NCBI RefSeq assembly: GCF_009914755.1
Contig: NC_060946.1
Direction: 5' to 3' (one strand)
Length of the DNA: 64,000 nt
DNA from: the human T2T-CHM13v2.0 reference genome, Homo sapiens
How positions within the stretch are numbered: the first letter of the stretch is position 1; each line of letters begins with the position of its first letter. This document shows positions 1-15,984 of the stretch, one piece after another. Below the pieces are notes generated by a model, which worked only from the letters and a program-made list of their open reading frames with translations, did not search any database and was not told where the DNA came from. Position numbers and translations under genes: made by a program.

Positions 1-606
1 ATTATATTTGATAAATTATACATTATATGTAACATAGTATATATTATATGTAACATGTATATTCTATGGAAAATATATAATATATAACATATATTACACA
101 TAATTAATGACATAGACATATAATATATATTTAATATATGTATTATACATACAACATATTGTATATAATATATAACATATATTACATAAAAGTCATAAAA
201 TATAATATATATTGTATGTCATATTTTCATTTACAGTTATATATTATTATATGTTATTTTATCTCATATATAACATAGAAACAATATATATTATATATAA
301 TGTATATTATATATAACATAGATATAATAGATATAATATATGTAATGTATATTATATATTTAATACGTATATTAACAATATAATATATTCTATATATGAA
401 ATATAATATATCTTATATATGTCATAAAATATAACGTATATTATGTGTCATATTGTATAAATATAATGCTTATCTATTATCAATTATTATATGACATATA
501 ATATATATAATATAAGACGCAGGATGTAAAACAATATTATATATATGTTATATGTATTATATATACGATACTATATATTATTATATACATAATGTATATT
601 TATATT
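1..606. repeat. Partial AT-rich subunit at the window start
   Basis: Matches the 3' part of the AT-rich tract of the next unit (2420-3025). Confidence 0.9.
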
Positions 607-1172
607 TGTGGGTGCCCTATTCCCCATCTGATAACTTGTTGTAAGAAGCGCAGCGTAATAATGTGTGGGCTTGGGATTCTGTTTTTGAAACAAAACACTG
701 AGCCTTCAATGACCTTTCGGTCTCTGTAAAAGCACTCCTGTCTTCCTGGCAGCTGTTGGACCTCACAATGTGGATTGTGCCCTCACCCTGCAATGTTGAT
801 GCCCTATCGCCATGGTGACGGGATTAGGGATCTCCTGCTCTTGGTCCTAAGGGCCACTGTCTGTGCTGTGTTTTCCAAAGGTCAGAACAGATTGAACCTT
901 TGTGGTTTTATTTTCCCTGAGTTTGATTTTTCTCATGGGGAACCTGTGTTGCTGCTTTGAACGTATATTCATACTGGCCTTTCAAATGCCAACTCTTCAT
1001 ATTACTAGTTAATGCTTTCAAAATATGTTATTTAAAAAATGATCCTCAGTATTGTCCATATGCAGTTATAAATACGTTTCATGGTTATGTTTTATTCCTC
1101 AGTTTACATATTTGATTATTGTACCAAGCAGAGTACCTTTGAAATGTTTTTCCATTTAAAAAATATGAATCT
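607..1172. repeat. HSATI-like subunit of DYZ2 (representative copy; recurs in every unit, starting 168 bp upstream of each 61-aa ORF anchor)
   Basis: Complex non-Alu block running from TGTGGGTGCCCTATTCCCCATCTG to AATATGAATCT, lying between the AT-rich tract and the Alu. The name comes from the known DYZ2 structure; boundaries are approximate. Confidence 0.75.
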
Positions 1173-1461
1173 TGGCTCAGGCCTGTAACCCCAGCAAATT
1201 TGGAGGCCAAGGCAAGGGGATCACAAGGTGAAGAGATCAAGACCATCCTGGCCAATACAGTGAAAGGCTGACACTACTAAAAATCCAAAAAACTAGCTAG
1301 GCATGGTGGCATCTGGTGTAGTCCCAGTGTGGTGTAGTCCCAGCTACCTGGGAGGCTGAGGGAGGACGATCGCTTGAAGCCGTGAGGCAGATGTTGCAGT
1401 GAGCAAAGATGGCGCCATTGTACTTCACCCTGTGAAACACAAGACTCTGTCTGAAAAAAAA
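1173..1461 (+). mobile_element. Alu SINE remnant (5'-truncated by ~12 nt, diverged, AluY/AluSc-like), unit 1
   Basis: TGGCTCAGGCCTGTAACCCCAGC...GAGATCAAGACCATCCTGGCCAA...CTACTAAAAATCCAAAAAA linker...GGGAGGCTGAGG...TTGCAGTGAGC...A8 tail. This copy lacks 3 bp (GAC) near 1440. Confidence 0.93.
1314..1343 (+). repeat. 16-bp-period tandem duplication inside the Alu right arm (present in all units)
   Basis: TGGTGTAGTCCCAG-TG-TGGTGTAGTCCCAG, whereas the Alu consensus has TGTAGTCCCAG once at this position. Confidence 0.9.
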
Positions 1462-3025
1462 TTATATATGGTATATACTATATGTTATGGAATATGCTTT
1501 ATATGTAATATATAACCTCATATATATTATATGTCATAATACATAATATTTATCCTATGTCATCTTATATATATTATGTATATTACATAACGTATATAAT
1601 ATATAATACATATTATGCATCTTAAATATGAAAATATATAATTATTTATAACATCACATATAGTTATATATAATATGATATATAACGTATATACTATATC
1701 ATATGTGATATATAATATATATATTTTTATTACATATTATAATTTATATATATTATAATTTATATAAAGATATAATTATTTATGTAATATAAATAATTAT
1801 ATATAATTATATAATGAGGTATAATATAAATAATAATATATACGATTACATATTTATGTAGTTATCTGTATAAAAACATAATTATATATATAATTATATA
1901 TATCATATAATGGACAACATACATATTATATAATGTATAATATATATTATACAATATATGATACATATATGATATGTAATATATCATAATAGAATATATA
2001 TTTTAATATTATGTATGTAACTTATATTATGTGATATATAATATATATTATGTAATATAAAATAATATAATATAATATATATTATATTATGATATATTAT
2101 GTAAAGTAAGTAATAAAATTACATATAACATAATATATAGTTATGTATAATATAACGTATAATTATATACGTTATATTTTATATGTACATATAATATTAT
2201 ACAGTTATATATAATTTTGAATAGTTACATATAATGTAATATAAAACATATATAATGTATATCATAAAATATATATTTTATACCATATATAATATGTATC
2301 ATATATTGTGTGTTATATGTCATATATTGTATATCATATATCGTATGTTATATGTTATATATATCACATTCCACATATTGTGTATTATAAATTATATATA
2401 ATATATGACATACATTACATTATATTTGATAAATTATACATTATATGTAACATAGTATATATTATATGTAACATGTATATTCTACGGAAAATATATAATA
2501 TATAACATATATTACATATAATTAATGACATAGACATATAATATATATTTAATATATGTATTATACATACAACATATTGTATATAATATATAACATATAT
2601 TACATAAAAGTCATAAAATATATTATATATTGTATGTCATATTTTACATTTACAGTTATATATTATTATATGTTATTTTATCTCATATATAACATAGAAA
2701 CAATATATATTATATATAATGTATATTATATATAACATAGATATAATAGATATAATATATGTAAGGTATATTATATATTTAATACGTATATTAACCATAT
2801 AATATACTCTATATATGAAATATAATATATCTTATATATGTCATAAAATATAACGTATATTATGTGTCATATTGTATAAATATAATGCTTATCTATTATC
2901 AATTATTATATGACATATAATATATATATTATAAGACGCAAGATGTAAAACAATATTATATATATGTTATATGTATCATATATACGATACTATATATGAT
3001 TATATACATAATGTATATTTATATT
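1462..3025. repeat. AT-rich degenerate (TA)n/(TATAA)n low-complexity subunit (representative copy, ~1.56 kb per unit)
   Basis: Overwhelmingly A/T, built from TATAT/ATAAT/ACATAT motifs. It begins directly after the Alu A8 tail and is conserved almost base for base between units. Confidence 0.9.
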
Positions 3026-3591
3026 TGTGGGTGCCCTATTCCCCATCTGATAACTTGTTGTAAGAAGCGCAGCGTAATAATGTGTGTGCTTGGGATTCTG
3101 TTTTTGAAACAAAACACTGAGCCTTCAATGACCTTTCGGTCTCTGTAAAAGCACTCCTGTCTTCCTGGCAGCTGTTGGACCTCACAATGTGGATTGTGCC
3201 CTCACCCTGCAATGTTGATGCCCTATCGCCATGGTGACGGGATTAGGGATCTCCTGCTCTTGGTCCTAAGGGCCACTGTCTGTGCTGTGTTTTCCAAAGG
3301 TCAGAACAGATTGAACCTTTGTGGTTTTATTTTCCCTGAGTTTGATTTTTCTCATGGGGAACCTGTGTTGCTGCTTTGAACGTATATTCATACTGGCCTT
3401 TCAAATGCCAACTCTTCATATTACTAGTTAATGCTTTCAAAATATGTTATTTATAAAATGATCCTCAGTATTGTCCATATGCAGTTATAAATACGTTTCA
3501 TGGTTATGTTTTATTCCTCAGTTTACATATTTGATTATTGTACCAAGCAGAGTACCTTTGAAATGTTTTTCCATTTAAAAAATATGAATCT

Positions 3592-3883
<292 letters not shown>

Positions 3884-6011
3884 TTATATATGGTATATAC
3901 TATATGTTATGGAATATGCTTTATATGTAATATATAACCTCATATATATTATATGTCATAATACATAATATTTATCCTATGTCATCTTATATATTATGTA
4001 TATTACATAACGTATATAATATATAATACAGATTATGCATCTTAAATATGAAATTATATAATTATTGATAACATAACATATAGTTATATATAATATGATA
4101 TATAACTTATATACTATATCATATGTGATATATAATATATATATTTTTATTACATATTATAATTTATATATATTATAATTTATATAAAGATATAATTATT
4201 TATGTAATATAAATAATTATATATAATTATATAATGAGGTATAATATAAATAATAATATATACGATTACATATTTATGTAGCTATCTGTATAAAAACATA
4301 ATTATATATATAATTATATATATCATATATTAGACAACATACATATTATATAATGTATAGTATATATTATACAATATATGATACATATATGATATGTAAT
4401 ATATCATAATAGAATATATATTTTAATATTATGTATGTAACATATATTATGTGATATATAATATATATAATGTAATATAAAATAATATAATATAAAATAT
4501 ATTATATTATGATATATTATGTAAAGTAAGTAATAAAATTACATATAACATAATATATAGTTATGTATAATATAACGTATAATTATATACGTTATATTTA
4601 ATATGTACATATAATATTATACAGTTATATATAATTTTGAATAGTTACATATAATGTAATATAAAACATATATAATATATATCATAAAATATATATTTTA
4701 TACCATATATAATATGTATCATATATTGTGTGTTATATGTCATATATTGTATATCATATATCGTATGTTATATGTTATATATATCACATTCCACATATTG
4801 TGTATTATAAATTATATATAATATATGACATACATTACATTATATTTGATAAATTATACATTATATGTAACATAGTATATATTATATGTAACATGTATAT
4901 TCTATGGAAAATATATAATATATAACATATATTACATATAATTAATGACATAGACATATAATATATATTTAATATATGTATTATACATACAACATATTGT
5001 ATATAATATATAACATATATTACATAAAAGTCATAAAATATAATATATATTGTATGTCATATTTTACATTTACAGTTATATATTATTATATGTTATTTTA
5101 TCTCATATATAACATAGAAACAATATATATTATATATAATGTATATTATATATAACATAGATATAATAGATATAATATATGTAAGTTATATTATATATTT
5201 AATACGTATATTAACCATATAATATATTCTATATATGAAATATAATATATCTTATATATGTCATAAAATATAACGTATATTATGTGTCATATTGTATAAA
5301 TATAATGCTTATCTATTATCAATTATTATATGACATATAATATATATATTATAAGACGCAAGATGTAAAACAATATTATATATATGTTATATGTATCATA
5401 TATACGATACTATATATGATTATATACATAATGTATATTTATATTTGTGGGTGCCCTATTCCCCATCTGATAACTTGTTGTAAGAAGCGCAGCGTAATAA
5501 TGTGTGTGCTTGGGATTCTGTTTTTGAAACAAAACACTGAGCCTTCAATGACCTTTCGGTCTCTGTAAAAGCACTCCTGTCTTCCTGGCAGCTGTTGGAC
5601 CTCACAATGTGGATTGTGCCCTCACCCTGCAATGTTGATGCCCTATCGCCATGGTGACGGGATTAGGGATCTCCTGCTCTTGGTCCTAAGGGCCACTGTC
5701 TGTGCTGTGTTTTCCAAAGGTCAGAACAGATTGAACCTTTGTGGTTTTATTTTCCCTGAGTTTGATTTTTCTCATGGGGAACCTGTGTTGCTGCTTTGAA
5801 CGTATATTCATACTGGCCTTTCAAATGCCAACTCTTCATATTACTAGTTAATGCTTTCAAAATATGTTATTTAAAAAATTATCCTCAGTATTGTCCATAT
5901 GCAGTTATAAATACGTTTCATGGTTATGTTTTATTCCTCAGTTTACATATTTGATTATTGTACCAAGCAGAGTACCTTTGAAATGTTTTTCCATTTAAAA
6001 AATATGAATCT

Positions 6012-6303
<292 letters not shown>

Positions 6304-8431
6304 TTATATATGGTATATACTATATGTTATGGAATATGCTTTATATGTAATATATAACCTCATATATATTATATGTCATAATACATAATATTTATCCTAT
6401 GTCATCTTATATATTATGTATATTACATAACGTATATAATATATAATAGAGATTATGCATCTTAAATATGAAAATATATAATTATTGATAACATAACATA
6501 TAGTTATATATAATATGATATATAACGTATATACTATATCATATGTGGTATATAATATATATATTTTTATTACATATTATAATTTATATATATTATAATT
6601 TATATAAAGATATAATTATTTATGTAATATAAATAATTATATATAATTATATACTGAGGTATAATATAAATAATAATATATACGATTACATATTTATGTA
6701 GTTATCTGTATAAAAACATAATTATATATATAATTATATATATCATATATTAGACAACATACATATTATATAATGTATAATATATATTATACAATATATG
6801 ATACATATATGATATGTAATATATCATAATAGAATATATATTTTAATATTATGTATGTAACATATATTATGTGATATATAATATATATAATGTAATATAA
6901 AATAATATAATATAAAATATATTATATTATGATATATTATGTAAAGTAAGTAATAAAATTACATATAACATAATATATAGTTATGTATAATATAACGTAT
7001 AATTATATACGTTATATTTAATATGTACATATAATATTATACAGTTATATATAATTTTGAATAGTTACATATAATGTAATATAAAACATATATAATATAT
7101 ATCATAAAATATATATTTTATACCATATATAATATGTATCATATATTGTGTGTTATATGTCATATATTGTATATCATATATCGTATGTTATATGTTATAT
7201 ATATCACATTCCACATATTGTGTATTATAAATTATATATAATATATGACATACATTACATTATATTTGATAAATTATACATTATATGTAACATAGTATAT
7301 ATTATATGTAACATGTATATTCTACGGAAAATATATAATATATAACATATATTACATATAATTAATGACATAGACATATAATATATATTTAATATATGTA
7401 TTATACATACAACATATTGTATATAATATATAACATATATTACATAAAAGTCATAAAATATAATATATATTGTATGTCATATTTTACATTTACAGTTATA
7501 TATTATTATATGTTATTTTATCTCATATATAACATAGAAACAATATATATTATATATAATGTATATTATATATAACATAGATATAATAGATATAATATAT
7601 GTAAGGTATATTATATATTTAATACGTATATTAACCATATAATATATTCTATATATGAAATATAATATATCTTATATATGTCATAAAATATAACGTATAT
7701 TATGTGTCATATTGTATAAATATAATGCTTATCTATTATCAATTATTATATGACATATAATATATATATTATAAGACGCAAGATGTAAAACAATATTATA
7801 TATATGTTATATGTATCATATATACGATACTATATATGATTATATACATAATGTATATTTATATTTGTGGGTGCCCTATTCCCCATCTGATAACTTGTTG
7901 TAAGAAGCGCAGCGTAATAATGTGTGTGCTTGGGATTCTGTTTTTGAAACAAAACACTGAGCCTTCAATGACCTTTCGGTCTCTGTAAAAGCACTCCTGT
8001 CTTCCTGGCAGCTGTTGGACCTCACAATGTGGATTGTGCCCTCACCCTGCAATGTTGATGCCCTATCGCCATGGTGACGGGATTAGGGATCTCCTGCTCT
8101 TGGTCCTAAGGGCCACTGTCTGTGCTGTGTTTTCCAAAGGTCAGAACAGATTGAACCTTTGTGGTTTTATTTTCCCTGAGTTTGATTTTTCTCATGGGGA
8201 ACCTGTGTTGCTGCTTTGAACGTATATTCATACTGGCCTTTCAAATGCCAACTCTTCATATTACTAGTTAATGCTTTCAAAATATGTTATTTAAAAAATG
8301 ATCCTCAGTATTGTCCATATGCAGTTATGAATACGTTTCATGGTTATGTTTTATTCCTCAGTTTACATATTTGATTATTGTACCAAGCAGAGTACCTTTG
8401 AAATGTTTTTCCATTTAAAAAATATGAATCT

Positions 8432-8723
<292 letters not shown>

Positions 8724-10853
8724 TTATATATGGTATATACTATATGTTATGGAATATGCTTTATATGTAATATATAACCTCATATATATTATATGTCATA
8801 ATACATAATATTTATCCTATGTCATCTTATATATATTATGTATATTACATAACGTATATAATATATAATACATATTATGCATCTTAAATATGAAAATATG
8901 TAATTATTGATAACATAACATATAGTTATATATAATATGATATATAACGTATATACTATATCATATGTGATATATAATATATATATTTTTATTACATATT
9001 ATAATTTATATATATTATAATTTATATAAAGATATAATTATTTATGTAATATAAATAATTATATATAATTATATAATGAGGTATAATATAAATAATAATA
9101 TATACGATTACATATTTATGTAGTTATCTGTATAAAAACATAATTATATATATAATTATATATATCATATATTAGACAACATACATATTATATAATGTAT
9201 AATATATATTATACAATATATGATACATATATGATATGTGATATATCATAATAGAATATATATTTTAATATTATGTATGTAACATATATTATGTGATATA
9301 TAATATATATAATGTAATATAAAATAATATAATATAAAATATATTATATTATGATATATTATGTAAAGTAAGTAATAAAATTACATATAACATAATATAT
9401 AGTTATGTATAATATAACGTATAATTATATACGTTATATTTTATATGTACATATAATATTATACAGTTATATATAATTTTGAATAGTTACATATAATGTA
9501 ATATAAAACATATATAATATATATCATAAAATATATATTTTATACCATATATAATATTTATCATATATTGTGTGTTATATGTCATATATTGTATATCATA
9601 TATCGTATGTTATATGTTATATATATCACATTCCACATATTGTGTATTATAAATTATATATAATATATGACATACATTACATTATATTTGATAAATTATA
9701 GATTATATGTAACATAGTATATATTATATGTAACATGTATATTCTACGGAAAATATATAATATATAACATATATTACATATAATTAATGACATAGACATA
9801 TAATATATATTTAATATATGTATTATACATACAACATATTGTATATAATATATAACATATATTACATAAAAGTCATAAAATATATTATATATTGTATGTC
9901 ATATTTTACATTTACAGTTATATATTATTATATGTTATTTTATCTCATATATAACATAGAAACAATATATATTATATATAATGTATATTATATATAACAT
10001 AGATATAATAGATATTATATATGTAAGGTATATTATATATTTAATACGTATATTAACCATATAATATATTCTATATATGAAATATAATATATCTTATATA
10101 TGTCATAAAATATAACGTATATTATGTGTCATATTGTATAAATATAATGCTTATCTATTATCAATTATTATATGACATATAATATATATATTATAAGACG
10201 CAAGATGTAAAACAATATTATATATATGTTATATGTATCATATATACGATACTATATATGATTATATACATAATGTATATTTATATTTGTGGGTGCCCTA
10301 TTCCCCATCTGATAACTTGTTGTAAGAAGCGCAGCGTAATAATGTGTGTGCTTGGGATTCTGTTTTTGAAACAAAACACTGAGCCTTCAATGACCTTTCG
10401 GTCTCTGTAAAAGCACTCCTGTCTTCCTGGCAGCTGTTGGACCTCACAATGTGGATTGTGCCCTCACCCTGCAATGTTGATGCCCTATCGCCATGGTGAC
10501 GGGATTAGGGATCTCCTGCTCTTGGTCCTAAGGGCCACTGTCTGTGCTGTGTTTTCCAAAGGTCAGAACAGATTGAACCTTTGTGGTTTTATTTTCCCTG
10601 AGTTTGATTTTTCTCATGGGGAACCTGTGTTGCTGCTTTGAACGTATATTCATACTGGCCTTTCAAATGCAAACTCTTCATATTACTAGTTAATGCTTTC
10701 AAAATATGTTATTTAAAAAATGATCCTCAGTATTGTCCATATGCAGTTATAAATACGTTTCATGGTTATGTTTTATTCCTCAGTTTACATATTTGATTAT
10801 TGTACCAAGCAGAGTACCTTTGAAATGTTTTTCCATTTAAAAAATATGAATCT

Positions 10854-11145
<292 letters not shown>

Positions 11146-13274
11146 TTATATATGGTATATACTATATGTTATGGAATATGCTTTATATGTAATATATAAC
11201 CTCATATATATTATATGTCATAATACATAATATTTATCCTATGTCATCTTATATATATTATGTATATTACATAACGTATATAATATATAATACATACTAT
11301 GCATCTTAAATATGAAAATATATAATTATTGATAACATAACATATAGTTATATATAATATGATATATAACGTATATACTATATCATATGTGATATATAAT
11401 ATATATATTTTTATTACATATTATAATTTATATATATTATAATTTATATAAAGATATAATTATTTATGTAACATAAATAATTATATATAATTATATAATG
11501 AGGTATAATATAAATAATAATATATACGATTACATAATTATGTAGTTATCTGTATAAAAATATAATTATATATATAATTATATATATCATATAATAGACA
11601 ACATACATATTATATAATGTATAATATATATTATACAATATATGATACATATATGATATTTAATATATCATAATAGAATATATATTTTAATATTATGTAT
11701 GTAACATATATTATGTGATATATAATATATATTATGTAATATAAAATAATATAATATAATATATATTATATTATGATATATTATGTAAAGTAAGTAATAA
11801 AATTACATATAACATAATATATAGTTATGTATAATATAACGTATAATTATATACGTTATATTTTATATGTACATATAATATTATACAGTTATATATAATT
11901 TTGAATAGTTACATATAATGTAATATAAAACATATATAATATATATCATAAAATATATATTTTATACCATATATAATATGTATCATATATTGTGTGTTAT
12001 ATGTCATATATTGTATATCATATATCGTATGTTATATGTTATATATATCACATTCCACATATTGTGTATTATAAATTATATATAATATATGACATACATT
12101 ACATTATATTTGATAAATTATACATTATATGTAACATAGTATATATTATATGTAACATGTATATTCTATGGAAAATATATAATATATAACATATATTACA
12201 TATAATTAATGACATAGACATATAATATATATTTAATATATGTATTATACATACAACATATTGTATATAATATATAACATATATTACATAAAAGTCATAA
12301 AATATATTATATATTGTATGTCATATTTTACATTTACAGTTATATATTATTATATGTTATTTTATCTCATATATAACATAGAAACATTATATATTATATA
12401 TAATGTATATTATATATAACATAGATATAATAGATTAATATGTGTAAGGTATATTATATATTTAATACGTATATTAAACATATAATATATTCTATATATG
12501 AAATATGATATATCTTATATGTGTCATAAAATATAACGTATAATATGTGTCATATTGTATAAATATAATGCTTATCTATTATCAATTATTATATGACATA
12601 TAATATATATAATATAAGACGCAGGATGTAAAACAATATTATATATATGTTATATGTATTATATATACGATACTATATATTATTATATACATAATGTATA
12701 TTTATATTTGTGGGTGCCCTATTCCCCATCTGATAACTTGTTGTAAGAAGCGCAGCGTAATAATGTGTGGGCTTGGGATTCTGTTTTTGAAACAAAACAC
12801 TGAGCCTTCAATGACCTTTCGGTCTCTGTAAAAGCACTCCTGTCTTCCTGGCAGCTGTTGGACCTCACAATGTGGATTGTGCCCTCACCCTGCAATGTTG
12901 ATGCCCTATCGCCATGGTGACGGGATTAGGGATCTCCTGCTCTTGGTCCTAAGGGCCACTGTCTGTGCTGTGTTTTCCAAAGGTCAGAACAGATTGAACC
13001 TTTGTGGTTTTATTTTCCCTGAGTTTGATTTTTCTCATGGGGAACCTGTGTTGCTGCTTTGAACGTATATTCATACTGGCCTTTCAAATGCCAACTCTTC
13101 ATATTACTAGTTAATGCTTTCAAAATATGTTATTTAAAAAATTATCCTCAGTATTGTCCATATGCAGTTATGAATACGTTTCATGGTTATGTTTTATTCC
13201 TCAGTTTACATATTTGATTATTGTACCAAGCAGAGTACCTTTGAAATGTTTTTCCATTTAAAAAATATGAATCT

Positions 13275-13566
<292 letters not shown>

Positions 13567-15692
13567 TTATATATGGTATATACTATATGTTATGGAATAT
13601 GCTTTATATGTAATATATAACCTCATATATATTATATGTCATAATACATAATATTTATCCTATGTCATCTTATATATATTATGTATATTACATAACGTAT
13701 ATAATATATAATACATATTATGCATCTTATATATGAAAATATATAATTATTGATAACATAACATATAGTTATATATAATATGATATATAACGTATATACT
13801 ATATCATATGTGATATATAATATATATATTTTTATTACATATTATAATTTATATATATTATAATTTATATAAAGATATAATTATTTATGTAATATAAATA
13901 TATATAATTATATAATGAGGTATAATATAAATAATAATACATACGGTTACATATTTATGTAGTTATCTGTATAAAAATATAATTATATATATAATTATAT
14001 ATATCATATCATAGACAACATACATATTATATAATGTATAATATATATTATACAATATATGATACATATATGATATTTAATATATCATAATAGAATATAT
14101 ATTTTAATATTATGTATGTAACATATATTATGTGATATATAATATATATTATGTAATATAAAATAATATAATATAATATATATTATATTATGATATATTT
14201 TGTAAAGTAAGTAATAAAATTACATATAACAAAATATATAGTTATGTATAATATAACGTATAATTATATACGTTATATTTTATATGTACATATAATATTA
14301 TACAGTTATATATAATTTTGAATAGTTACATATAATGTAATATAAAACATATATAATATATATCATAAAATATATATTTTATACCATATATAATATGTAT
14401 CATATATTGTGTGTTATATGTCATCTATTGTATATCATATATCATATGTTATATGTTATATATATCACATTCCAAATATTGTGTATTATAAATTATATAT
14501 AATATATGACATACATTACATTATATTTGATAAATTATACATTATATGTAACATGGTATATATTATATGTAACATGTATATTCTATGGAAAATATATAAT
14601 ATATAACATATATTACATATAATTAATGACATAGACATATAATATATATTTAATATATGTATTACACATACAACATATTGTATATAATATATAATATATA
14701 TTACATAAAAGTCATAAAATATAATATACATTGTATGTCATATTTTACATTTACAGTTATATATTATTATCTGTTATTTTATCTCATATATAGCATAGAA
14801 AAAATATATATTATATATAATGTATATTATATATAACATAGATATAATAGATATAAAATATGTAATGTATATTATATATTTATTACGTATATTAAAAATA
14901 TAATATATTCTATATATGAAATATAATATATCTTATATATGTCGTAAAATATAACATACATTATGTGTCATATTGTATAAATAAAATGCTTATCTATTAT
15001 CAATTATTATATGACATATAATATATATAATATAAGACGCAGGATGTAAAACAATATTATATATATGTTATATGTATTCTATATACGATACTATATATTT
15101 TTATATACATAATGTATATTTATATTTGTGGGTGCCCTATTCCCCATCTGATAACTTGTTGTAAGAAGCGCAGCGTAATAATGTGTGGGCTTGGGATTCT
15201 GTTTTTGAAACAAAACACTGAGCCTTCAATGACCTTTCGGTCTCTGTAAAAGCACTCCTGTCTTCCTGGCAGCTGTTGGACCTCACAATGTGGATTGTGC
15301 CCTCACCCTGCAATGTTGATGCCCTATCGCCATGGTGACGGGATTAGGGATCTCCTGCTCTTGGTCCTAAGGACCACTGTCTGTGCTGTGTTTTCCAAAG
15401 GTCAGAACAGATTGAACCTTTGTGGTTTTATTTTCCCTGAGTTTGATTTTTCTCATGGGGAACCTGTGTTGCTGCTTTGAACGTATATTCATACTGGCCT
15501 TTCAAATGCCAACTCTTCATATTACTAGTTAATGCTTTCAAAATATGTTATTTAAAAAATGATCCTCAGTATTGTCCATATGCAGTTATAAATACGTTTC
15601 ATGGTTATGTTTTATTCCTCAGTTTACATATTTGATTATTGTACCAAGCAGAGTACCTTTGAAATGTTTTTCCATTTAAAAAATATGAATCT

Positions 15693-15984
<292 letters not shown>

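Noticed and set aside
680-697. Small hairpin TGTTTT-TGAAAC-AAAACA
   Set aside because: A 6-bp AT-rich stem is expected by chance, and there is no terminator context in a eukaryotic satellite.
775-960. 61-aa ORF (MCPHPAML...) intact in all 27 copies
   Set aside because: It starts at TTG, is short, has no recognisable domain, and its persistence follows from satellite homogeneity. The variants visible in the ORF track are amino-acid changing, giving no sign of coding constraint.
1160-1480. Target-site duplication around the Alu
   Set aside because: I found no convincing direct repeat on both sides; only weak AT-rich similarity (AAAAAATATG versus AAAATTATATATG).
2308-2505. 65-aa Tyr/Ile-rich ORF repeated in most units
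   Set aside because: It is a translation of TA-rich low-complexity DNA with a non-ATG start, and it is broken by stops in three units (TAG 9699, TGA 41176, TAA 55623).
1462-3025. Numerous TATA-box and AATAAA-like motifs
   Set aside because: They are inevitable in nearly pure A/T sequence, and no associated gene structure is present.
14516-14731. Sporadic minus-strand ORFs (also 26609, 28599, 60977)
   Set aside because: They result from chance loss of a stop codon in individual repeat copies and have low-complexity composition.
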